Source: a bacterium (lineage in GTDB: Bacteria; UBA8248; JACPRG01; G963555815). Taken from it: 64,000 bases of DNA. The stretch spans positions 1,281,533 to 1,345,532 of the forward strand of contig CAUVWX020000001.1 in the NCBI GenBank assembly GCA_963555815.3. The letters run 5' to 3'. The translations under genes were made by a program, and so were the position numbers. The notes beneath the pieces were generated by a model that did no database searches, was not told where the DNA came from, and worked only from the letters and a program-made list of their open reading frames with translations. Shown piece after piece: positions 8,577 to 16,016 of this stretch. Within the stretch, counting starts at the first letter, position 1; the number at the start of each line of letters is the position of its first letter.

Positions 8577-9058
8577 CCGATCATCCCTTCCCGGAGGATA
8601 AGAGCTGCGGGGAGGCGCGTTTCCAGCATCTCTCGAAAGAGGGGTGAGAGACCGTCTGTGGCCTTTGGGGAGAAGACGAGAGAGGGAATTCCTAAGAGAT
8701 CCAAAAGGGAGAGCATCTTTTCTCCCATGACCCAGTGTTCTGGAGCGTCCTGGCGGGTTTCCCCTCTCCAGGAGATCACCATCAGGATGGGGATGCGGTA
8801 GGGCAGGTTGAAAGAGGTTAGGCCGTTCACCACGTTTCCTAGGCCCGAATTCTGGATGAGGATGCCCCCTGGCCGCCCGCACATGTAGGCCCCGCTTGCC
8901 AGCCCCAGGGCCGTGTCCTCCCGAGCTGCGGGGAGATAGGTGACCTCAGGGTCGGCTTCGGCCTCGATCAGGAGGGATTTCAGGAGAGAGCAGGGGACCC
9001 CTGAGAAGAAGGTGAGACCGTGCGATTTCAGAGTTGCCCAGAATCTTTGGGCGTCCAT
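8573..9058 (-). CDS. TPP-dependent 2-oxoacid decarboxylase, alpha subunit (PYR domain)
   Basis: From MDAQRFWATLKSHGLTFFSGVPCSLLKSL (ATG 9058) within ORF 8573..9163. GILIQNSGLGN motif. 162 aa, starting 10 nt after the upstream stop. Confidence 0.75.
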   Translation of the reverse strand: MDAQRFWATLKSHGLTFFSGVPCSLLKSLLIEAEADPEVTYLPAAREDTALGLASGAYMCGRPGGILIQNSGLGNVVNGLTSFNLPYRIPILMVISWRGETRQDAPEHWVMGEKMLSLLDLLGIPSLVFSPKATDGLSPLFREMLETRLPAALILREGMIG

Positions 9059-9068
9059 CTCATCATCC

Positions 9069-11009
9069 TTAGCGGACGCGGCTCCAGGCCCGCTGATAGT
9101 CCTCAAAGGTATCCACATCCATCCAGCCGTGTAAGGCTTCAAAAGCCACCACCTTTTCTCCACGCTGGATGAGCTCTTGGATCATGTCCGTGAAGCCCGC
9201 CTGTTCCAGGGAAGGCGCCTCGTGGAGGGGGGCGCCGGTCTTGCGTTGCAGGAGATCCTGATAGACCTCTCGAAGGATTTTCGTCCCTCGCTCCGAGAAC
9301 ATGCATAGGCCAACGAACTCCCCCTGAGACTGCTCTGGGTCCAGGCGGCGGCCGATCCGAAGAACTCGGGCATAAGATCCATCTCCAGCAAGACTCAGGG
9401 AGGGGTCCGTCATCACCAGCTCGGGGGGAAACTGGGCATCTTTTTTCGTCTCAGAAAAGGAGCGGTCTACGAGAAGGCTCACATCGGCTGTGCTTCGAAG
9501 AAGCCCCTCTAAGAGCTGCCGCTCAAATAGGACGTCGCCGTACAGGAAGAGAAATGGTCCCTCCATCTCGGCTTCGGCGCAGAAAAGGGAGGAGAGGATG
9601 TGGGTCTCGCGAAAGCGCAGATTGTCATAGTAGCGAAGGTTGGGGAGATTGACCTTCTCTCTGAGGTATCCACGGACAACCGCGATCTCTCGGATGTTCA
9701 AGGTGTTGAGGGTTTCCACCTGGCGCTCCAGAATGGATTTCCCCTTAATGTCGAGCATGGCCTTGGGCCGATCTTCGGTCAGGGGGAGAAGCTCCTCATG
9801 AGGCCCAGCCGCTACGATGAGGGCACGAAGGCGGTGACCGCCGACCGGAAGAAAGGCCTGCTCTTGGCGTTTCATGGACGAGAGGTCGATGAGCTGGTAG
9901 ACGTCCTCTAGGGGGACGATCCGGTCATCCACGGCGCTCGCCTGACCCTCGGTGAGAAGGCGCTGAAAAACCTCTCGCATTCCAAAGACGCAAGCCCGGA
10001 GGGCCTGGTTGGCAAAGATAACCGCCTTGAAGCCCCAGGCGGAGAGCTCCTTTACAGATGTCGTCTTATACATGGTCGGGACTGACACGAGGGGACAGGG
10101 CCGGTCCCACTGCCGGGCGAACTCCCGGACCTCCTCGGGGGAGGGGGACCTCGAGTGGATCAAGATGGCGTCAGCCCCAGCGTCGGCATAAGCCCGGGCC
10201 CGTCGAAGGGCCTCCCCCATCCCCCACCCGGCAATGAGTGCCTCACATCGGGCCATGACGAAAAATTCCGGCGTCTGCTGGTTTGCCTTAGCGGCTTGTA
10301 GCTTTCCGACATGCTCCTCGACAGAGACAAGCTCCTGTCTCACTCCTGGGTAGAGGCTGCATCGTTTGGGAAAGGCATTATCCTCAATACAGATCCCCGC
10401 TAGGCCTGCGCGCTCATACTCCACCACAGTTCTGATCACATTGATGGCGTTTCCGTACCCGTTGTCGCAGTCAGCAATGATGGGCAGGGCGACGGCATCG
10501 TTCATCTGGCGAGCGGCCTCCAGGTTCTCACTCATCGTCAAAAGGTTGGCGTCGGGCATCCCACGAGCCGCTGAGACCGAGAAGCCGCTGGCCCAGATGG
10601 CGTCGAAGCCCGCCTCCTCTGCGATCTTGGCACTGATCCCATCATGTGCCCCCGCCAACAGAACCACAGAGGGCCCCTCAAGGAGGGCCCTGAACTGCCG
10701 AGCCCGCGAGACGCCATTGAGCGAAACTTGGCCTGACAGAAACCTTCCTGATGAAGAACCACTCAGGGCGATTTGCTCGCCTTCGTTGTCCTTGGGAGGG
10801 AGGTGGCCGCTCGCTTGCAATAGTGAACGAAGTTCCAAGCCGTAGGCCTGGGCGAGTTTTTTAAGGATGTTGAGGTGTGGGTCCTTGCGAATCCCCCGCT
10901 CGAGCTGGGAGATGTAAGGGCTTGAGACGCCTGAAGCCCCTGAAGCTTCACGGATAGAGAGTTTCGAGGCCTCTCTGGCCTTCTTTAGGACAGCTCCAAG
11001 CGGGTCCAT
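9069..11009 (-). CDS. Three-domain fusion: XRE HTH + PEP mutase-family domain + C-terminal nucleotidyltransferase-like domain
   Basis: 646 aa. Res 1-65 are HTH (SIREASGASGVSSPYISQLERGIRKDP). Res ~100-365 are PepM-like (ASGFSVSA, IIADCDNGYG, CEALIAGWGMGEALRRARAYADAGADAILIHS). Res ~393-646 are LicC-like (RPKAMLDIKGKSILERQVETL, GEFVGLCMF). Confidence 0.8.
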   Translation of the reverse strand: MDPLGAVLKKAREASKLSIREASGASGVSSPYISQLERGIRKDPHLNILKKLAQAYGLELRSLLQASGHLPPKDNEGEQIALSGSSSGRFLSGQVSLNGVSRARQFRALLEGPSVVLLAGAHDGISAKIAEEAGFDAIWASGFSVSAARGMPDANLLTMSENLEAARQMNDAVALPIIADCDNGYGNAINVIRTVVEYERAGLAGICIEDNAFPKRCSLYPGVRQELVSVEEHVGKLQAAKANQQTPEFFVMARCEALIAGWGMGEALRRARAYADAGADAILIHSRSPSPEEVREFARQWDRPCPLVSVPTMYKTTSVKELSAWGFKAVIFANQALRACVFGMREVFQRLLTEGQASAVDDRIVPLEDVYQLIDLSSMKRQEQAFLPVGGHRLRALIVAAGPHEELLPLTEDRPKAMLDIKGKSILERQVETLNTLNIREIAVVRGYLREKVNLPNLRYYDNLRFRETHILSSLFCAEAEMEGPFLFLYGDVLFERQLLEGLLRSTADVSLLVDRSFSETKKDAQFPPELVMTDPSLSLAGDGSYARVLRIGRRLDPEQSQGEFVGLCMFSERGTKILREVYQDLLQRKTGAPLHEAPSLEQAGFTDMIQELIQRGEKVVAFEALHGWMDVDTFEDYQRAWSRVR

Positions 11010-11482
11010 CGATTCCCCCGAGAGATGGGTATTTTGTTAATTCCAGCAAATAAATTAGCGAAATCATAACGCTCCTTCTATCGCTGTCAAGGGGAATTTG
11101 AAGGGCCCCGGGCGACTGGCTGAGAATGGAGCTTTTCCTACGCGATACGCCGCGGTACGCTGAGGTCGCTAGTGGGGTGGGCGGATTGGCCAGTCGCCCT
11201 TCTCTTGCCAAGGCTGGGGAGAGCGCAGCGTCAAGGCCTCCTGTTCGAGAAAGGCCGTTCGCAAGATATTATGGCGAAAGCTCCTCCTGCGAAGGCCTTG
11301 GACTGAAAGGGTCTGACCTGACACCTTCTTTTCCCGGTCCTTCTTTCATCCTTGACGAGTTAAGATGCCTGTGATATATACTGCGGCGCAAATGGGGTGC
11401 TGGCCCTAGAAGGGAGGACGTGGCCTCCAAGGGAGCGGCGCTGTCTGAGGATGTGACCCCTCTCTCTTGAGCTGAACGGCTG

Positions 11483-12400
11483 ATGGACTTTCTGTGGCAC
11501 CGAAAACGCTATCCGACAGAATTGACGGTCGATGCCCATTCCGTCTGCAACGCGACCTGCGTCACCTGCCCCTACCCGAAGCTCAGCCAAGTGTTGGATC
11601 ACGGCAAGATGGACTGGGACCTCTACACCAAGATCATCGACGACTTCGAGGGCATCTGCCGGCGGGAGGGTTTCCGGGGGTCCCTGAGCTATTGCAACAT
11701 GAGCGAGCCCACGATCCTGAAGAACTTCTTCGACTATTTGGAGTATGCCTACCGCAAAGGATGCTTCTCCGTCTATTTCAACACGAACATGTCTTTCCTG
11801 ACCCCCGCCTTCATCGACCGCCTGGTGGCAGAGAATGTCCTTCCGGACATCCATCTGAACATCATGTCCCTTGACAAGGATCAGTACGAGGAGTTCATGG
11901 GGATCGACTTTGAGACCACCATGGAGAACCTGGAGTACCTGGTGGAGCACTACGACACCCGTCAGGTGGACGCGGGCGTCCTCAGCCCCCCGCTGAATGG
12001 CAATGGGGTCAAGGAGTTCCAAATATTCTTCAAGAAGAGGAAGGTCAAAACCTATGTGGTCAAAGCTCGAGACCGGGCCCAGAACGTCCTCGACGAGATC
12101 CACCCCATCATAAATAAGACTTACGGCTGCAGGAAGAACCGGCCCTTGCGGCGGATGCTGGTGACCCATGACGGCCGGGTCTTTCTCTGCTGCGAGGACA
12201 TGGCCAATGAGGTCATCCTGGGGGATCTCAGGGAGGAGAGCGTCGAAGAGGTCTGGAACAGCGAGAAGTGTCGGGAGATCCTGGAGATCATCTACGAGGG
12301 GAAATCCGCAAACCCAAATTTCATCTGTTATCGCTGTGTCCATGGGGTGAAGAAAAAGCCCACCTTTCTTCATGAGGCCATGGGCTGGGACCCAGACTAG
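11483..12400 (+). CDS. Radical SAM protein with SPASM/twitch-like Cys-rich C-terminus
   Basis: C-x3-C-x2-C at CNATCVTC near the N-terminus. C-terminal cysteines LCCEDM...C...ICYRC. 305 aa, divergent from the PepM fusion. Confidence 0.8.
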   Translation: MDFLWHRKRYPTELTVDAHSVCNATCVTCPYPKLSQVLDHGKMDWDLYTKIIDDFEGICRREGFRGSLSYCNMSEPTILKNFFDYLEYAYRKGCFSVYFNTNMSFLTPAFIDRLVAENVLPDIHLNIMSLDKDQYEEFMGIDFETTMENLEYLVEHYDTRQVDAGVLSPPLNGNGVKEFQIFFKKRKVKTYVVKARDRAQNVLDEIHPIINKTYGCRKNRPLRRMLVTHDGRVFLCCEDMANEVILGDLREESVEEVWNSEKCREILEIIYEGKSANPNFICYRCVHGVKKKPTFLHEAMGWDPD

Positions 12401-12476
12401 GTCCGTCGTTGCATTTCTTCCTTGGCGATCTTATGCGCTTTTGCGCGCCACCTCTTCTTCTTGAGCGGAACGGCTG

Positions 12477-12629
12477 ATGGAATTTCTAAGACACCGAAAG
12501 TGCTATCCGATGAAGATAACAACGGAAGGACTCCACAACCTCTCTTCCGTGGCGCAGACACCCATGTTTGAAAGGGGTATGCAAGGGGGAAAAAGGGATT
12601 TTCGATTTCTGTCCGCCGGAAACAATTAG
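12477..12629 (+). pseudogene. 5' remnant of a second radical SAM paralogue (50 codons, no Cys motif)
   Basis: 12460-12510 repeats 11466-11516 at roughly 80% identity, including the RBS region and start (MEFLRHRKCYPMKIT versus MDFLWHRKRYPTELT). Similarity is then lost and a TAG follows at 12627-12629. Confidence 0.45.
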
Positions 12630-12680
12630 GCAAACCAGATCGCAATCATAGTTCTGAAGATCGCAGATTAGAAGCCTTGT

Positions 12681-13652
12681 ATGATCCCTCATGAGTTATC
12701 TCCAAGAAAGATTAGGTTCCCTGAAACCGATCATCACTCTATTGTTTTAATTTCCGGGGCCAATCTCAGACATCAAAGGTTCGGATATCTTCTCCAAAAA
12801 GAATTTGGCGATCTGGTTTTGGCCTGGTTTCAGGTCGGAAAGCTGCCCGATTCTGCATACACAAAAGGCCGTAGAGAAAAGTTACGAATCTTGTGGGAGA
12901 AGGTGAAACGCAAACTCTCAGTAGCTTATGAGATTGAGGCCATCCGGGACTACGTAAAGAATCAGGGCTTAATTAAAAGTATAAAGAAGGGATTTGTCTC
13001 CTTCTTACCGGCGCTCCATACGATATACCTATTTCACAGACGTGGAAGGCGACAACTTTATTTGGACAAGACTTTTTTTGGACAAGAACTCGAGGAACTT
13101 AAGCTACACGCAAAATTGAGTCCCATTGTAGTAGACGATCCCCATTCGGAAGAGTTCGTTCAACGAATCAAGAAGTTAGATCCTTACTTCCTTCTTTCCG
13201 TGGGCGGCCCCTTGTATAGCAAAAAGTTGTTGGAAAGCGTTCGGGGCGTTCCAATTAACCAACACGCGGGTTACTCGCCGAAATACAAAGGGGGCAATAC
13301 AGTTGAATGGGCTCTCTATAACCGGGATCTGTATGGTGTGGGAAGTACGGTCCACATTACGACCAGCGGTGCAGACGCTGGCCCCATTTTGCGCCGGTCT
13401 CATCCATGCCTGCTGGATAGTGACACGCCCGAATGCTGTTTTGTAAAGGTCTTCAAATTGGGCAATGAATTAGCTATCGAGGTGGTCAAAGACATTATGT
13501 TGAATAAGGAGATCTTCGTATACGATCAGCCGTCAGATGGCGGAATGACGTATCTGGGTTCGCAATTGAACAAGGATATTCTGGGAGCGATATATCGGGA
13601 TTTTTCAAAAAAATGGCTGAAAAAGGAACTTGTAAGACTAAGGACCTTTTGA
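12681..13652 (+). CDS. Formyltransferase-family protein (Fmt/ArnA N-domain-like)
   Basis: PINQHAGYSPKYKGGNTVEWALYNRDLYGVGSTVHITTSGADAGPIL matches the formyl-transferase core pattern (H..LP.yrG...wai, DaGpIi). GC is visibly lower, about 40-45%. Confidence 0.6.
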   Translation: MIPHELSPRKIRFPETDHHSIVLISGANLRHQRFGYLLQKEFGDLVLAWFQVGKLPDSAYTKGRREKLRILWEKVKRKLSVAYEIEAIRDYVKNQGLIKSIKKGFVSFLPALHTIYLFHRRGRRQLYLDKTFFGQELEELKLHAKLSPIVVDDPHSEEFVQRIKKLDPYFLLSVGGPLYSKKLLESVRGVPINQHAGYSPKYKGGNTVEWALYNRDLYGVGSTVHITTSGADAGPILRRSHPCLLDSDTPECCFVKVFKLGNELAIEVVKDIMLNKEIFVYDQPSDGGMTYLGSQLNKDILGAIYRDFSKKWLKKELVRLRTF

Positions 13653-13698
13653 AAGTCAACGTCCTTGTAACCAACAGTCACCCGCGGTAGGCGGTAGA

Positions 13699-14613
13699 AT
13701 GAAGGCAGGATGGTATATTTTCTTGTATCACAACATATCGTGGGAGGAGACTCCTTACACGCGCGGCTTGGAGCCAACTCATCCTCCGAATATCTTTCAA
13801 GATCATCTTTCACGTCTAAGTGAACTCGGAGAATTTGTTTCGATATCGGAGGGCTTAAGTCGTCTGGATAGCGGTACTGTTTCTAGTCCAACGTTCAGTT
13901 TTTGGTTTGACGACGGGTTAGTAGGGGTCAGAAAATATGCATTACCGCTGCTTGAGAAATATAATGTAACAGGTGGCCTTTCAGTTTGCAGTCACTTCTT
14001 TAATAGGCAGGACTTTTTTTGGCGCTTTAAACTTTCCTATCTAAGCTATATTGACGGCCTGAGATTCTTAAGACATCGACTCAAAAAATATGGATACACA
14101 AAGGGGATGTCTATTAAAGGCTTTTGCCTGGACAATTTTTCTGAGGCTATCGTTGAAGAAATCGACACCGTTTTCAGAAACGTGACTTCGGATCCGGAGA
14201 GAGAAGACGCTTTTAGGCTATTTGAAACCAAAACCGGGCTCATGGAATTGAAGGAAAAAGAATGGACATTGGCAAATCATACCGCTGCGCATTATCCGGT
14301 CGGTGAGGATAGTTTTCTCAGCCACTTTGAAAGGCAATTTTCTGAATGTGAGGCCGAATATAAAGCATTGTTTGGCGAGGAGTCTAAATTTTGGGTTTTA
14401 CCCTTCGATAGAGGAAAGTGTCGTTCAAGGAGGCTAATCGAAAGATTTAGAGAATGCGCCAACAATAGATACCTGGTGCTCGTCGGGAACAAAATGAACA
14501 CCCCTTCTAATACGAAAGAAAAGGTTATTTTCAGGATAACTCCGCCAGTTTGCAAAGGGACCCATCTGTATAGGTCCCTCCTGGATGTCATGAATTTCGG
14601 GACTGGCCTCTGA
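13699..14613 (+). CDS. Polysaccharide deacetylase (NodB-type) family protein
   Basis: FSFWFDDGLVG (the xFDDG motif), LANHTAAHYP (H-x-x-x-H). Low GC like its neighbour. Confidence 0.65.
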   Translation: MKAGWYIFLYHNISWEETPYTRGLEPTHPPNIFQDHLSRLSELGEFVSISEGLSRLDSGTVSSPTFSFWFDDGLVGVRKYALPLLEKYNVTGGLSVCSHFFNRQDFFWRFKLSYLSYIDGLRFLRHRLKKYGYTKGMSIKGFCLDNFSEAIVEEIDTVFRNVTSDPEREDAFRLFETKTGLMELKEKEWTLANHTAAHYPVGEDSFLSHFERQFSECEAEYKALFGEESKFWVLPFDRGKCRSRRLIERFRECANNRYLVLVGNKMNTPSNTKEKVIFRITPPVCKGTHLYRSLLDVMNFGTGL

Positions 14614-14731
14614 GCAGGCCTGCGGAGCCCACTGCTCCTGGGAACCAATCCGGAAACCTTTAATACCGTTTATAATAAATTCGGCGAGCGAAAGGGGCTT
14701 GAGGGGCCAAAGGTTCTTGCGAGGTGATCAA

Positions 14732-15229
14732 ATGTTTCTCAGCGAAACGGACCGCCAGGAGGTCGAATCCTTCCTGGCCTGGATTGAAGAGGCTTTCCGT
14801 TCGGACAGCCGGTTTCATCCCATCCATCCCAAAGACCCGGAGGTGGAAGGGGATCCCTCTGGGCTTGAGCGTTGCCTCATGATAGGCCCGCGGACCTGGG
14901 TCCAGGTTACCGCCAGTCCAGACAAGGGAGGGCTGACCGTCGCCCTCGCCACACGGGACCGCACCGTGAGCGAGGCCGTCGAGGGGAACTCCCTTCAGCT
15001 TGGAGACTCCTTCGAGGAGCTTCTCGAGGATGGCCTGGAAGACGCGGGGGAGGAGGACACCTACGCCGTCGACCACTACCATGACAGCGGGGCCTTTTTC
15101 TTCGAATCCAAGCTTCCGCTGGAGGGGAGCTGGTCGGACCTAAAGTCGCTTGAGGTGCGGGACAAGGCCCGAAAGATCATCCTTGGATATCGCCTGGGCC
15201 TTGGCCGATTCTTCTTGGACCAGGATTGA
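14732..15229 (+). CDS. Hypothetical acidic protein
   Basis: ORF 14699..15229. ATG 14732 follows GGTGAT. I recognise no family. Confidence 0.4.
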   Translation: MFLSETDRQEVESFLAWIEEAFRSDSRFHPIHPKDPEVEGDPSGLERCLMIGPRTWVQVTASPDKGGLTVALATRDRTVSEAVEGNSLQLGDSFEELLEDGLEDAGEEDTYAVDHYHDSGAFFFESKLPLEGSWSDLKSLEVRDKARKIILGYRLGLGRFFLDQD

Positions 15230-15318
15230 ACCGCTGACGGTGGGAGGGCCTCAAACAGGAGGCCCCTCTTTTGTATCCCATCTGACTTTTGAGTTGCTTT
15301 CGTTCGTGAGGAGGTTTT

Positions 15319-15972
15319 ATGGGCGAGATGGACACTGGCCCGATCCGAGGGAAGGTGCTTCAGGTGAAGATCATCCCACCCCAGGGCTATTTTGCAGCGG
15401 AGCTCAAGAGGGAGCAGGTGCTTCGGGTCCTGGACGTCGAGGGTCAACAAGTGGCCGACTTGGTTTGCTTTAATCTTCACCGGCTGGAAGATAAGCTTTC
15501 CCCTCAGAATACAGTCAATCTAAACCAGTCCATCTATCCCCATGTGGGCTACTCCCTCGCCTCCGACGAGGCAAGGAAGCTTATGACCATCGTCGCCGAC
15601 ACCTGCGGGACCCATGACATGTTAGCGGGCGCCTGTAGTCGCTTTACCAATGAGCTCCGCTACAAGGATCATGACACCCCCAACTGCCGCGACAACTTGG
15701 CGGCCGCCGTGAAGCCGTGGGGGATCACGTGGAAGGAGGTCCCCTACAATATGAATGTCTTTATGAACTGTCCGGTGGAGCCTGACGGGACGTATACTAT
15801 CCAGGAGCCCAAGTCCAAGGCCGGAGACTATGTGGACTTCCAGGCTAACATGGACGTCCTGGTCGCCATCTCGAACTGCCCTCAGGTCCGAAATCCCTGC
15901 AACGCCTTTCGATTGACGTCGTTGATGGTGGTCATCTATCACCCCGAAGGACGCCGCCACGTGGTTTCGTAG
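15319..15972 (+). CDS. DUF1989 (urea-carboxylase-associated) family protein
   Basis: GAGGAGG lies 4 nt upstream of the ATG. Sequence VLRVLDVEGQQVADLVCFN...GTHDMLAGACS...GDYVDFQANMDVLVAISNCP is typical of DUF1989. Confidence 0.6.
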   Translation: MGEMDTGPIRGKVLQVKIIPPQGYFAAELKREQVLRVLDVEGQQVADLVCFNLHRLEDKLSPQNTVNLNQSIYPHVGYSLASDEARKLMTIVADTCGTHDMLAGACSRFTNELRYKDHDTPNCRDNLAAAVKPWGITWKEVPYNMNVFMNCPVEPDGTYTIQEPKSKAGDYVDFQANMDVLVAISNCPQVRNPCNAFRLTSLMVVIYHPEGRRHVVS

Positions 15973-16016
15973 AAGGTTGAAAAAGGCTGTTTTCATGGGC
16001 CAAGGGGGTTTCGGCT

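Noticed and set aside
11360-12373. 337-aa minus-strand ORF covering almost the entire radical SAM gene
   Set aside because: It is antisense to a gene with clear CxxxCxxC and SPASM-type motifs. Its translation is low-complexity (Asp/Leu/Val/Gly/His rich) with no recognisable family. This is a typical shadow ORF of GC-rich DNA.
1-12400. Calling the cluster a fosfomycin biosynthetic cluster (HppE-like + FomC-like ADH + PepM fused to a nucleotidyltransferase, as in Fom1)
   Set aside because: The window has no cobalamin-dependent class B radical SAM methyltransferase (Fom3 type); the radical SAM present is a short SPASM-type protein. It also has no FomD-like hydrolase and no FomA/FomB-type resistance kinases. 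The HppE-like protein has Gln instead of the Glu ligand, and the flanking genes are glycan-assembly and export genes. The resemblance is noted but the call is not supportable.
12400-14700. Annotating the low-GC islands (12.4-14.7 kb, 23.9-24.7 kb, 36.7-37.2 kb, 27.0-28.5 kb) as mobile elements
   Set aside because: I could find no integrase, transposase, terminal inverted repeats or flanking tRNA. Only the 27.0-28.5 kb cassette has direct repeats. They are reported as compositional anomalies, not as mobile_element features.
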